Shown: in pieces, positions 28,368 through 38,900 of the stretch
How the letters are laid out: every line of letters starts with the position of its first letter
How positions within the stretch are numbered: position 1 is the first letter of the stretch
Notes under the pieces: generated by a model
What the model saw: the letters and a program-made list of their open reading frames with translations, nothing else
What the model was told of the DNA's origin: nothing
The model's database searches: none
Source: Candidatus Falkowbacteria bacterium
GTDB taxonomy: Bacteria; Patescibacteriota; Patescibacteriia; Patescibacteriales; UBA12465
Reading direction: 5' to 3'
Assembly (NCBI GenBank): GCA_037134915.1
Contig: JBAXLJ010000002.1
Span: 128,935-192,934, forward strand
Length of the DNA: 64,000 nt
Position numbers and translations under genes: made by a program

Positions 28368-30172
28368 ATCCATCGGATGAAATAAAACAGAAAATCGATA
28401 TCGTGGATTTTATTCGCGAATATATCCCCGTTAAAGCGGCCGGGGCTAATTTTCAGGCCCTGTGCCCCTTTCATGGCGAGAAAACGCCGTCTTTTGTAAT
28501 TTCGCCAGAAAAGCAAATCTGGCATTGTTTCGGTTGCGGCAAAGGTGGTGATTTGTTTTCTTTTGTGATGGAAATGGAAGGTTTAGGTTTTGTGGAGGCT
28601 GTGAGACTGCTGGCCCCGCGAGCCGGAGTGACTCTGCGCCATGAAAATCCGGAAGCTTATAGCAAACGTAATCGGTTGTTAGACATCATGGCACTATCAG
28701 TAAAATATTATCATCACCTGCTAAATAGTTCCGTGGGTCAGAAATCTTTAGAATATTTAAGGCGCCGCGGCCTGAGCCAGGAGATTATTGATGAATGGCA
28801 AATTGGTTATAGTCCTGATTCCTGGGACTCACTTTCATCTTTCTTGGTTACTCGGCCGGTTGAGGGCAAAAAATATAACGCCGAGGAAATGTTTGAAGCG
28901 GGTCTGGTGATTAAAAAAGAAGGCAGCAGTAATCGTTATTATGACCGCTTCCGCGATCGTTTAATGTTCCCGGTTTATGATGTTTCGGGCAATCCCATTG
29001 CTTATTCGGCCCGAATTAATCCCGATAAAGAAGCGGCTGGAGATAAGATGGGTAAGTATATAAATAGTCCGCAAAATGCCATTTATGATAAGAGCCGCGT
29101 GCTCTTCGGTTTAGATAAAGCCAAGAATCATATTAAAGCTAAGGACTTAGTAATTGTCGTTGAAGGACAAATGGACGCTATTACTTGTCATCAATTTGGC
29201 TTTAAAAATGCCGTAGCCTCGTCTGGCACCGCACTAACTACCGAACAAATTACTCTTTTAAAACGTTACACTAATAATATTGCCTTATGCTTTGATGCCG
29301 ATAAGGCGGGCCAATTAGCGGCTGATCGGGGAATTAAAGAAGCCATGGCTCAAGGCATGAATATTAAGGTGATTATCATTCCTAATGGTAAGGATCCCGA
29401 TGACGCTTTGCGACAGGATTTGGCTTCCTTTGTGATGGCTGTGCGTGACGCGAAGCCGATGATGGATTATCTGTTTGCTAAAGTTATCGGAGATTTAGAC
29501 TTACGCTTAGTAGAGAACAAGAAGCTAGTAGCCAGTAAAATGCTCGATATGATTACCAAGTTAGCGAATCGAGTAGAAGCGGATTATTGGTTGAAAATTC
29601 TGGCCCAAACTTTAGATATTGATGAAAATGTTTTGCGAGAAAGTTTGCCGAATGAAAAAGAGTCGCAGACAGCTCCTAAACAAATTAAAATTAAGGAGTC
29701 AGCTACTCGGTCGCGCGAAGAGCAGCTCAGTGAACTGCTGCTAGCGATTATTGTCAGATTTCCGGATTTTATCTATTATGTTATCTCCAAGTTAGAGCCA
29801 GATTGGCTAGAAACCGAGTTTTTAGGCTCATTTTACAAAAATCTAATTATATATTATAATAAAAATAACGCCTTAGATTACGCGGGTTTTAGGGAGTATT
29901 TAAGCGGCGAAGGCGGAGGATCAGCGGAAATTTTAGACCGGCTCATCCTTCTGGGTGAGAAGGATTTTTATGCGTATGAAAAAGAAAACGTGCAATCGGA
30001 AATTATCAAGATTATTGTAGAACTTAAGAAATATTATTTGCAGCGCAAGATTTCTTTAGCGCAGAAGGCCATGGCCCTCGCGGAACAAAACGGGGAAATA
30101 GATAAGATTAATCAGATTCTAGAAGAGCTTAAGGTCTTAACTGATAGCCAGCGTAATAATCAAATAAGTTAA
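28364..30172 (+). CDS. dnaG: DNA primase
   Basis: Zinc finger CPFHGEKTPSF...WHCFGCGKGGD, Toprim block VVEGQMDA, and DADKAG. Confidence 0.95.
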   Translation: MNPSDEIKQKIDIVDFIREYIPVKAAGANFQALCPFHGEKTPSFVISPEKQIWHCFGCGKGGDLFSFVMEMEGLGFVEAVRLLAPRAGVTLRHENPEAYSKRNRLLDIMALSVKYYHHLLNSSVGQKSLEYLRRRGLSQEIIDEWQIGYSPDSWDSLSSFLVTRPVEGKKYNAEEMFEAGLVIKKEGSSNRYYDRFRDRLMFPVYDVSGNPIAYSARINPDKEAAGDKMGKYINSPQNAIYDKSRVLFGLDKAKNHIKAKDLVIVVEGQMDAITCHQFGFKNAVASSGTALTTEQITLLKRYTNNIALCFDADKAGQLAADRGIKEAMAQGMNIKVIIIPNGKDPDDALRQDLASFVMAVRDAKPMMDYLFAKVIGDLDLRLVENKKLVASKMLDMITKLANRVEADYWLKILAQTLDIDENVLRESLPNEKESQTAPKQIKIKESATRSREEQLSELLLAIIVRFPDFIYYVISKLEPDWLETEFLGSFYKNLIIYYNKNNALDYAGFREYLSGEGGGSAEILDRLILLGEKDFYAYEKENVQSEIIKIIVELKKYYLQRKISLAQKAMALAEQNGEIDKINQILEELKVLTDSQRNNQIS

Positions 30173-30183
30173 TAATTTAAAAT

Positions 30184-31629
30184 ATGCCAAAAACCGTCAA
30201 AAAAGCTTCGGCTAAAAAGGTGGTTAAAAAAACTAAAGCGGTTGTCGTGAAGAAAAAGAAAGTCGCTCCTAAGAAATTGATTAAGAAAATAATGAAACCG
30301 ATGAAAAAAACCCCTAAAGCTAAAACTAAAGTTAAAGCGCCTGTTAAAAAGGCGCCGGTTCGTGTTGTCAAAAAAGTTGTGGCCAAGAAAGTGGTCAAAA
30401 AAATAATTCCTAAAAAGAAAATTGTTAAAAAAGCTGCGCCTAAGAAAGTCGTGTCTAAAAAGGCGCCCGCTAAAAAAATCGTCAAAGCGGCTGTTAAAGT
30501 AGCACCGAAAGTCAAAGAACCAAAAAGAGAATTACCACCTCATGATATTGTCTACCCAAGTTTGGAAAAAATTCAGAAGTTAATTGATAAGGGGCGCATG
30601 CGCGGTTTTGTGACCGAAACAGAGTTATTATATTTATTTCCCGAAGTTGAAGAATATGTTTACGAATATGACGTCTTTTTGGGAGATTTACAACGTAACG
30701 GCATCCGCATTATCGAAGATTCCGGCCGTATTTTAGGCTCGGTTGATAAGCGTGAAGAAATTACCGGTAAAGCCTCCTCACTGACCTTTGATTTATCCAA
30801 ATTATCAGCTGATTCTATTCAGATGTATTTAAAAGAAATTGGTAAAGTGCCTTTGCTTACCTCTGCCGAAGAAGTGGAACTGTCCAAGCGCAAAGAGAAG
30901 GGGGATAAAGAAGCGGAACATAAGATTATCGAAGCTAATTTACGTTTAGTGGTGTCTATTGCCAAGAAGTTCGCCGGAGCCAAAGGTTTGTCACTGCTCG
31001 ACTTAATTCAGGAAGGCAATATCGGCTTATTTAGGGCCGTAGAGAAGTTCGAATATCGCAAGGGGTATAAATTCTCAACTTACGCCACTTGGTGGATTAG
31101 ACAGGCCATTACGCGCGCCTTAGCTGATCAATCCCGCACCATCCGCATTCCGGTTCACATGGTGGAAACAATTAATAAATTTCAACAAGTGCAGCGCTTT
31201 TTAGTCCAAGAGTTAGGCCGTGAACCAATGGCCGAAGAAGTGGCCGCCGAAATGGGCGAAGAGATTGAAAAGGTGCGCTATATCATTAAAATTTCCCAGG
31301 ATACTATTTCCTTACAAGCTGCGATTGGGGACGACGAAGAAGATTCCACTTTGGAAGATTTTATTGAGGACGTAAAAAGTGTGGCTCCAGACAGAGCGGC
31401 TGCCTTACAGTTACTTAAAGATTACGTTAAAGAAATTGTGGCCCAGTTATCCCCACGTGAACAGAAGATCTTAGAAATGAGATTCGGTTTAATTGACGGT
31501 GTCGCTCACACTTTAGAAGAAGTTGGTCAGGAGTTTGAAGTCACTCGCGAACGTATTCGTCAGATTGAGTCCAAAGCACTGGAGAAGATTCGGAAGTTTA
31601 AGGGGTTAGAGAAATTAAGAGACTACTAA
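30184..31629 (+). CDS. rpoD: primary RNA polymerase sigma factor (sigma-70) with an N-terminal domain of about 110 aa rich in Lys, Val, Ala and Pro
   Basis: Region 2 is [40 protein letters not shown], and region 4.2 is [23 protein letters not shown]. The N-terminus consists of KKVVKK/AKKxVKK-type repeats. Confidence 0.95.
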   Translation: MPKTVKKASAKKVVKKTKAVVVKKKKVAPKKLIKKIMKPMKKTPKAKTKVKAPVKKAPVRVVKKVVAKKVVKKIIPKKKIVKKAAPKKVVSKKAPAKKIVKAAVKVAPKVKEPKRELPPHDIVYPSLEKIQKLIDKGRMRGFVTETELLYLFPEVEEYVYEYDVFLGDLQRNGIRIIEDSGRILGSVDKREEITGKASSLTFDLSKLSADSIQMYLKEIGKVPLLTSAEEVELSKRKEKGDKEAEHKIIEANLRLVVSIAKKFAGAKGLSLLDLIQEGNIGLFRAVEKFEYRKGYKFSTYATWWIRQAITRALADQSRTIRIPVHMVETINKFQQVQRFLVQELGREPMAEEVAAEMGEEIEKVRYIIKISQDTISLQAAIGDDEEDSTLEDFIEDVKSVAPDRAAALQLLKDYVKEIVAQLSPREQKILEMRFGLIDGVAHTLEEVGQEFEVTRERIRQIESKALEKIRKFKGLEKLRDY

Positions 31630-31636
31630 TTTTTCT

Positions 31637-32077
31637 ATGTCCCAGGAAACAGAAAAAGCGATCAATATTTTTGAAGAAGTGAAGAAACTAAATTTTCCAA
31701 CCGACTGCTTCATTGTTGTTGGGAGCGGAATTATGGCGGTTAAAAATATTCGGGAAGCCTATGATTTAGATATTGTTGTTTCTGAAGAACTTTTTGAAAA
31801 ATGTAAAAATAAGGACTGGGAACTTAAACCTTGGACTAGAGTCGGAACTATAGGGAAGCCATGGCTTAAAAAAGGTATTACCGAGCTGATGGTTGAGATT
31901 ATATCTGGAGACGAAATTCTAAATTTAAAAGCTTTAAAGAAGGAGGGTGAGAAAATTAATGGTATTTGGTTTCTTAGTCTAAAACAGCTTATTAAATTTA
32001 AAAAGGCCTATGGCCGGTCGAAAGATTTTGATGATATTGCTCTAATGGAGAAATATTTAAATTCAAAAATTATTTGA
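31637..32077 (+). CDS. hypothetical protein, possibly minimal nucleotidyltransferase fold
   Basis: 146 aa. VVGSGIMAVKNIREAYDLDIVV resembles the G[SG]...DxD pattern of Pol-beta-type nucleotidyltransferases. This is weak. Confidence 0.45.
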   Translation: MSQETEKAINIFEEVKKLNFPTDCFIVVGSGIMAVKNIREAYDLDIVVSEELFEKCKNKDWELKPWTRVGTIGKPWLKKGITELMVEIISGDEILNLKALKKEGEKINGIWFLSLKQLIKFKKAYGRSKDFDDIALMEKYLNSKII

Positions 32078-32087
32078 TAAAGATAGC

Positions 32088-32121
32088 AAAAACCCCATAT
32101 TTAATGGGGTTTTAGGTTTTT
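32088..32121 (+). terminator. rho-independent terminator ending the dnaG-rpoD unit
   Basis: AAAAACCCCA / TGGGGTTTTA stem with loop TATTTAA, followed by a T-rich tail. Confidence 0.7.
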
Positions 32122-32122
32122 A

Positions 32123-32150
32123 TTGACATTAGCGTCTATTCTGCTAAAAT
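32123..32150 (+). promoter_or_regulatory. candidate sigma-70 promoter for tRNA-Asn
   Basis: TTGACA (32123-32128), a 16-nt spacer, then TAAAAT (32145-32150). It lies about 55 nt upstream of the tRNA. Confidence 0.5.
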
Positions 32151-32204
32151 AGAGTTACAAAATGTTTTTTAAACATTTTTGTTTTTTGAAGTAAAACTTA
32201 ATAT

Positions 32205-32279
32205 TCCCGGGTAGCGCAGCGGTAGCGCAGTTGGCTGTTAACCAATTGGTCGTCGGTTCGAATCCGACCCCGGGAGCCA
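32205..32279 (+). tRNA. tRNA-Asn (anticodon GTT), CCA encoded
   Basis: Manual cloverleaf: acceptor TCCCGGG/CCCGGGA, D arm GCGC-AGCGGTA-GCGC, anticodon arm GTTGG-CTGTTAA-CCAAT, variable loop TGGTC, T arm GTCGG-TTCGAAT-CCGAC, discriminator G, then CCA. Confidence 0.92.
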
Positions 32280-32330
32280 GTAATTTTTGGGTGTGTCTGG
32301 ACGACGTAAATCGTTTAAAACAGGCCAAAA

Positions 32331-32366
32331 AACAAAAGAACTCAGTTTATGCTGAGTTCTTTTGTT
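32331..32366 (+). terminator. perfect 15-bp hairpin downstream of tRNA-Asn
   Basis: AACAAAAGAACTCAG / CTGAGTTCTTTTGTT with a 6-nt loop. The 3' arm ends in a T-rich sequence. Confidence 0.6.
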
Positions 32367-32446
32367 ATTGTCAAAAGAGTGAAAAGAGGCGTAAATAGGG
32401 AGGATTATTGGTTCTAATACGACTTCTGTCTTGATGATTGTAAAAA

Positions 32447-32455
32447 TGTTATAAT
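32447..32455 (+). promoter_or_regulatory. extended -10 promoter element (TGTTATAAT) for the first island gene
   Basis: It matches TGnTATAAT exactly and lies 21 nt upstream of the ATG at 32476. There is no good -35 element. Confidence 0.35.
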
Positions 32456-32475
32456 ATAATTTATAATTCAAATTT

Positions 32476-33108
32476 ATGACTCTATATTTAACGTCGACTG
32501 GTTTTGAAAATGAATATGTAGCTCAGCGTTTCAAGAACGTTATTATTAAGAAAGATATTAAACAAATATCGTTTCTTGTTATCTCTGTTCAAGATAATGA
32601 TTCTGATGCTTTTTATCTACAGAAAACTAAAAACGAACTTGATAAAATTGGCGCTATTAATATAGATGTATTTGAACTTAGAGATGAACCTTTTGTGCCA
32701 GTAAAAGAATATGATGTTATTTATGTTTGTGGCGGTAATACTTTTGTTTACATGGATAGAATTAGAAAGACTGGTCTCGATAAGTTCATTATAGATTCAG
32801 TTAAGAGCGACAGAAGTATTTATGTTGGTGTTAGCGCTGGTAGTATTATCGCTGGTCCAGACATCACTATTGCTGGTGGAGAAGACTCTAATGACCTAGG
32901 GCTAGTTAATTTACAAGGACTCTGTTTAACTAATTTTGTAATCTTTCCGCATTACCACGATGACTTAAAAACGGAAGTTGATGATTTTAGAGCCAAGTAT
33001 GGTTATCAAGTTTATGAAATTACGGATGAACAAGCAATTCGTTTGAGTTATTCGGATATGGGTGCTTTAAAAGGCGTTATTTCTATGGAATTTGTTAATA
33101 AGGATTAA
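32476..33108 (+). CDS. peptidase S51 (dipeptidase E-like, class I glutamine amidotransferase-like fold)
   Basis: 210 aa with VIYVCGGNTFVYM and IYVGVSAGSIIAGP, which matches the S51 nucleophile-elbow pattern. Confidence 0.65.
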   Translation: MTLYLTSTGFENEYVAQRFKNVIIKKDIKQISFLVISVQDNDSDAFYLQKTKNELDKIGAINIDVFELRDEPFVPVKEYDVIYVCGGNTFVYMDRIRKTGLDKFIIDSVKSDRSIYVGVSAGSIIAGPDITIAGGEDSNDLGLVNLQGLCLTNFVIFPHYHDDLKTEVDDFRAKYGYQVYEITDEQAIRLSYSDMGALKGVISMEFVNKD

Positions 33109-33114
33109 TATATT

Positions 33115-34530
33115 ATGTCTAAAGTTTATAACACAAAGGATGAAGTTTTTACTGATGTCTTATCATTCATGGATAAGCATCTTCGTGATGTAATGGATTC
33201 TGAGAGTATAAGGATTGCTGAGCAAAAAATTGAAGAGCAGGGTAGCAGTAGAAAAGGATATTTAGGTAATCTTGTTGATGAGTACGTATTTGGTCAAAAA
33301 GCCAACAATCGTCATGAAGCTGATCTTAAAGAGGTCGGCATAGAACTTAAAACAACACCAATAAAAGAACATAAGACTAAGGGGTATATAGCTAAAGAAC
33401 GCCTTGTTTTTTCAATGATAGACTACAAAACCATTATAGATGAAAACTGGGAGCAAAGTTCTTTTTTAGATAAGAATAAATTTGTCTTATTAATGTTTTA
33501 TCTTTATCAAAAAGATCTTAGCATATTGGATTATGAGTTTAAGTTTTTTTATGGTTTAGATTTTTTAAATAATATTTCTAATAAGGATGCATTGCAAATC
33601 AAGAAAGATTGGGAGTATATAGTTGATAAAATCAAAAAAGGAGAGGCTCACTTACTGTCTGAGGCGGAAACTTTTTATCTAGGTGCTTGTACAAAAGCGT
33701 CAGATAGCTCAAAAAGACGTTCTCAGCCTAATTCTGAGATTTCAGCTAAGCCAAGAGCATTCTCTTTGAAGCAAAGTTATTTAAACTATATTGTTCAGAA
33801 TGTTTCTGGTTTTGACGATGATTCTAAGACCATATCTGACGGTAAAAATACCATTGATTCCATTATAGAAAACAAACTTAGGAAATTTGTTGGCATGTCT
33901 GATGATGAAATAATAAATGATATAGGGGTAGTTATAAGTAAAGACCCGAAACAGTATAAAAGAGCTCTAGCTAACTATATGGTTAGTAACTCCAATAGAA
34001 AGATAGCGGAATTTGAAAAAGCGAATATTACTATGAAGGTTATTACTTTGGAGCATAATGGTAAATTAAAAGAATCAATATCTTTTCCTTGTTTTGATTT
34101 TAAAAAAATTGTAGAACAGAAATGGGAAGATTCAAATTTTTATAACTTATTAGAAAAAAATAGATTTTTATTTATTGTTTTTAGAAAAGATGAGGAAGGT
34201 GAATCGATTCATTTTGAAAGTTTTAAATTTTGGAATTTTCCAGTAGCTCACATGATTTATGCTAAGAGTGTTTTTGACGAAACCAAAAAAGTAATTAATA
34301 GCGGTAAGATTATTAAAGAAATAAAAAAAGATAAAAACGGAAAAGAAAAACGATATACTTATTTTCCGAATTCCAAATTTAATGGCGTTACACACGTAAG
34401 GCCTCATGGTAAAAATTCTTTAGATGTTATAGAGCTTCCAGTTGCCGATGAGCTTACAGGCAAAGATGTTTATACTAAACATTGTTTTTGGCTTAACGCT
34501 GATTATATTAGGAAATCACTCGAAAATTAG
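33115..34530 (+). CDS. Sau3AI/MutH-family type II restriction endonuclease (two-domain; GATC specificity predicted by family)
   Basis: 471 aa. EADLKEVGIELKTTPI matches the MutH/Sau3AI catalytic D...E-x-K block. Size and two-lobed layout resemble Sau3AI, and the gene is adjacent to a C5 methyltransferase. Confidence 0.75.
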   Translation: MSKVYNTKDEVFTDVLSFMDKHLRDVMDSESIRIAEQKIEEQGSSRKGYLGNLVDEYVFGQKANNRHEADLKEVGIELKTTPIKEHKTKGYIAKERLVFSMIDYKTIIDENWEQSSFLDKNKFVLLMFYLYQKDLSILDYEFKFFYGLDFLNNISNKDALQIKKDWEYIVDKIKKGEAHLLSEAETFYLGACTKASDSSKRRSQPNSEISAKPRAFSLKQSYLNYIVQNVSGFDDDSKTISDGKNTIDSIIENKLRKFVGMSDDEIINDIGVVISKDPKQYKRALANYMVSNSNRKIAEFEKANITMKVITLEHNGKLKESISFPCFDFKKIVEQKWEDSNFYNLLEKNRFLFIVFRKDEEGESIHFESFKFWNFPVAHMIYAKSVFDETKKVINSGKIIKEIKKDKNGKEKRYTYFPNSKFNGVTHVRPHGKNSLDVIELPVADELTGKDVYTKHCFWLNADYIRKSLEN

Positions 34531-34594
34531 GGTGTTGATCAATTGATTTTGATATGCTATGCTAAACACATAGCTTATTAATTTGAAAAATATT

Positions 34595-35845
34595 ATGAAG
34601 GATATAAAAATTGTTGAACTTTTTGCTGGCGTAGGCGGTTTTCGCATTGGCCTAGAAGGAGCTAGTAATGACAAGACAAAATATAGGGTTGTTTGGAGTA
34701 GTCAATGGGAACCAGGAGCTACAAAACAGTATGCCTCGGATATTTACGTGGCTCGTTTTGGTGGCAAAGGACATTCTTGTGAAGATATACAAGAAGTGGT
34801 TGATATGAAATTTGATTCAATTCCTAATCATGATTTATTGGTTGGTGGCTTTCCTTGTCAGGATTATTCAGTCGCCAGAACACTTAAACAATCAAAAGGG
34901 CTAGAAGGTAAAAAAGGAGTTTTATGGTGGTCTATTTTTAATATTCTTAATAAAAAGGGTGAAAATGCCCCTAAGTTTTTATTATTAGAAAATGTTGATC
35001 GGTTATTAAAATCTCCAGTAAAACAGAGAGGTCGAGATTTTGCTATTATGCTTTCATCTTTAGCTAGTCTCGGGTATGCAGTCGAATGGAGAGTGATTAA
35101 CGCCGCTGATTATGGTTTTCCTCAACGTCGTCGTCGTATTTATATAATGGGCTACAAACAAAACACAGCTATTTGGAAAAAGGTTTTGGCTTGTAAAGAT
35201 AAAAAGAAATGGATAAATAATGACGGCTTAATTGCTAAGGCTTTTAAGGTTAATCAAGACATAGTTAAGGCTAGTGAATTTGAAATTAGCACGGATTCAG
35301 TATATGTTTCTGAAAAATTTTCAAAGGATATGCCATCGAAGAGTCCATTTGAAAATGCCGGAGTTATGATTAGCGGACACGTCACTACTATGAAAGTCGA
35401 ATCCGATTATAATGGTAAGCGTTCAGTATTGGGTGATTTTATAGTTGATGAAAAGAAAATTCCTGAAGAGTTTTTTATTAAACCGGCTGATGTTAAGAGA
35501 TGGGAATATTTGAAAGGCGGAAAAAAGGAGGAACGTAAATCAAGCAGTGGCCATGAATATAATTATTCCGAAGGTCCAATGGCTTTTCCTGATTCGCTTG
35601 ATAAGCCATCTCGCACTATTGTGACAGGAGAAGGCGGAACATCTCCATCTCGCTTTAAGCATGTTATAAAGACCAAATCTGGAAGACTAAGAAGATTGAT
35701 GCCATTAGAACTTGAGAAATTAAATATGTTTCCAGATAATCATACTGAAATGGCACCTGATATTAAAAGAGCATTCATTATGGGCAACGCTTTAGTCGTT
35801 GGCGTTATTAAAAAATTAGGAGAATCACTAAGAGACGCCGTTTAG
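34595..35845 (+). CDS. dcm: DNA (cytosine-5)-methyltransferase
   Basis: Motif I is ELFAGVGGF, motif IV is GGFPCQDYS, motif VI is ENV, motif VIII is QRRRRIYI and motif X is GNALVVGV. I prefer the ATG at 34595 over the TTG at 34583. Confidence 0.92.
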   Translation: MKDIKIVELFAGVGGFRIGLEGASNDKTKYRVVWSSQWEPGATKQYASDIYVARFGGKGHSCEDIQEVVDMKFDSIPNHDLLVGGFPCQDYSVARTLKQSKGLEGKKGVLWWSIFNILNKKGENAPKFLLLENVDRLLKSPVKQRGRDFAIMLSSLASLGYAVEWRVINAADYGFPQRRRRIYIMGYKQNTAIWKKVLACKDKKKWINNDGLIAKAFKVNQDIVKASEFEISTDSVYVSEKFSKDMPSKSPFENAGVMISGHVTTMKVESDYNGKRSVLGDFIVDEKKIPEEFFIKPADVKRWEYLKGGKKEERKSSSGHEYNYSEGPMAFPDSLDKPSRTIVTGEGGTSPSRFKHVIKTKSGRLRRLMPLELEKLNMFPDNHTEMAPDIKRAFIMGNALVVGVIKKLGESLRDAV

Positions 35846-35856
35846 GCGTCTTTTTG
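35833..35856 (+). terminator. rho-independent terminator overlapping the methyltransferase stop codon
   Basis: AGACGCC / GGCGTCT stem with loop GTTTA, followed by TTTTT. Confidence 0.65.
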
Positions 35857-35944
35857 GATTATAATATATGGCAAATCTATCTTTTAAAAATGTGTCAAAT
35901 CAAATTTCTTTTATAAAAAATTAAACAAAGACTTTACAGTATTT

Positions 35945-38900
35945 ATGTTGCATAAACAAGAAAAAAAATCAAACAGAAATGAAGATGTGGCGTTCTATTT
36001 TGAAAAACTGTTGGCATGTTTTGATTATCTAGAGCTTTTAAACAATAAAAGTCCAATTAATAGATTGCAAATTAAGCCAGACCGAAAGTATGGAGCAGAC
36101 CGCCGCATAGATGATCTTACAAGATTTAATAGAGATAATACTGTTGAAGTTATTCAAATCAAACACAGTTTTGTTAATGGCACAAGAATAGGTTTTGGTG
36201 ATTTATGGGTTGTAAAAAAAGACTCAGTCGGCGGCAAGCGAAAAGAAGGTACAAATATCTTTAAATTTTTGAAAAGTTGGCGTTTTCATAAAAAAAATGG
36301 AGCTAAACAAATTACTTTAACGCTTGTTAGTAATAAAGATCTTAACACTAAAGCAAAAAAATTTTTTACATCAATTAAGAATCTAAAAACAAAAGAAATT
36401 TCTTGGCGTGATTTTTCCAAACAATACGCTTCTGAGATTCAAAGCATTAAAGATAATTGTATTAAATCAACTTTTATTGATATAAATGAAATTAGAGAGT
36501 TTATTTCTTCTCTTAATTATCAAAAGGTTGGAGATGTAGAAAATTTGCATGGTTTACTCCAAGAAAAGTTAGCTGATTATGGTATAACAGAAAAAGAGAA
36601 AATGGATGCGTTTATTAATAGGGTGACAAGAAATTTTATTTCTAATAATAAAGTAGACATACTCCAATCAGATGTAGTTTCTCTAATCGGGCGTGTAAAA
36701 ACAGGACTGATACATGAAATTATGACTCCGAATAATTATATCTCTCGTCCTGAGTTAGAAAAGAAGATATTGTCAGCTATTGATTTAAAAAAGAATAATG
36801 GTGGCTTTGTCTTTCTTTTTTCGCCATCTGGTTCAGGGAAGACGGTTTTATTATCTCGTCTTGCGGAAAAGAATCCGGATTTTTTACCATATTTTTGTCG
36901 TATTCGTCCATTCGAGGCTGTACGAGGCAAGTCTGGTTATTCGAATATTAATCGTTTAAGCAGCTCTTGGTTTAAGGTAGATATAATCCAGCGTTGTAAT
37001 GAATTTGGTCTTGTAGATAAAACCGCTGGCATAGATGATGACAAAAATTACATTGATAAAACTTTTGATGAAGCACTTACGGCTATAAGTAAAAAAGCTA
37101 TTTCAAGGCCAGGTAAGAAAATAGTTATTATTGTTGATGCGCTTGATCAAGTTGAGACCGATAAATACAAAGGGCAATCTGTTCTTGATGCAATTCCATT
37201 AATTCAATATCCTGGAGTGGTTTTTTTGTTAAGTACTTGGGGGGGATCTTATCTTCCAGCTTTAATCAAAAATACTTCTAATTTTACTAAGAAAAGCACG
37301 AACATTGATTTATTTTTTTCTGAAAAAGAGATAAAAGAATATTTTAAAAATATTAATATTCACTTAACTAAAGACCAGGTTGCTATAATAAAATTAAAGA
37401 CCAAGGGGTTGGCAATATCTCTTTTTTATCTTGCTAATAAATTAAAACAGAAACACGATATTGATTTTCTTATAAATTCTACTGGTCAGTATGATAAGGT
37501 TTTTAGTTGGTATAAACCTATATGGTCCAGTCTTGGTACTGACGAGCAGGAATGTTTAGGTTGTCTTTGTTTTCATCTTGCTAAGGTTAAAAAAGAAGAT
37601 CTTCGGGGTATTGTAAAGAAATCTCTTACTCCATCAATATTTACTAAGTTATTGGAAAAAATCACTCCTTTTATAGAAGTAAGAGCTGGTTACATTGAAC
37701 CGTATCACGACAGTTTTAGAAGGTTTGTCGTATCAAGTCTTGCTGGGGATAAAGTCCACTTTCATAAATTATTGGCAAAATATTATTCTAATCTAGGAGC
37801 AAAATCGCAGTATAAAATAAAATATATAGCGAAACATCTTGAAGCCGCAGGATTTAAAGACGGTTCTGTTTCAAAAATATTTAAGCAGCTTGATGAATCA
37901 AACTTTTTTTCAAAAATATTATTATTAAATATTGACGACTTAACAAAAGTGGAGACAGGAAATGTGTTTGTTAGATTTTTTTATAAAACAAACGATATAA
38001 AATCCTTAGTAAAGTATTCAATTCTAACAAGCAATATTTATCCTTCCGTATATAATGATATTTCGTATAAAAAAGCTTTTATTGGTACAGAAAAAATGAT
38101 ATCCGAGGTAGCCGCTGCACTAGCAATTCCAAAGAGTGCTAATGAACATGATCAAAGAGAGTGGGTTTTTAGAAGGCTTTCTATTGGTAATCTTCTAAAG
38201 AAGAAAACTGATAAAAATAGTTTAATTTTATCTAGTCGCTTTTTAGATGACGGCTTGTTTAGAATTACTATTAATCCAAACCTCCTTTGGGGCGAAAATG
38301 CTAAACACGAATTTTGGGATAATGTTGATATTATTACAGGGGCGTTTGTAAATACTGGTCAGTATATACGAGCTATTAATTTTTTTAAAAAACGCATCAG
38401 TCCTACTAAAAAAACTCACAAAAATACTGGTTTTTTATTGTCTAAAGTTGTACAGATACATTTACAAAATTTAAATTTTAATAGAAGCGAAGTACTTATG
38501 CAAATAGCTAAATCTTCAAAGATTGAAAGACTGCTATTCTATATTGCACTATGGAAGAAAAAACAAAAAAATATTTCACAAAAAGATTTTCTTAATATTC
38601 TTGATGATATAAGCATGGAAAGCTATTTCTCTGAAGACCAACTGCTTGATTTTGCTGAGGTTTTAATTGCATTTGATGAAAAAAAATATGCAAATCGTAT
38701 TAAAAAGATATTGATGAAGTTCAGTGTGAATATACCTTATTATAATCATAACTTTGCTTATTGGGGCGATTTAGATAATGGAAGAAATAATTTTCTGAGA
38801 TTAATGTCTTTGAAGATGTTTGTAGATTCAAAATTTGATTTTAAAGATTATTATGATGTTTCTTTAAAAAATAAATTTGGGAGTCGTGGAGATTTTTCAG

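Noticed and set aside
30177-30515. 112-aa minus-strand ORF rich in Phe, Leu and Thr
   Set aside because: It is the antisense shadow of the Lys-rich (AAA/AAG) N-terminal tract of rpoD.
32238-32471. 77-aa minus-strand ORF
   Set aside because: It overlaps the tRNA-Asn gene and its terminator hairpin. The composition is non-coding-like, so it is a chance ORF.
35857-35944. Looked for a promoter for the STAND NTPase gene
   Set aside because: A TATAAT hexamer is present at 35860-35865, but without a usable -35 or TG extension, and other candidates are equally weak. I am not reporting a promoter here.
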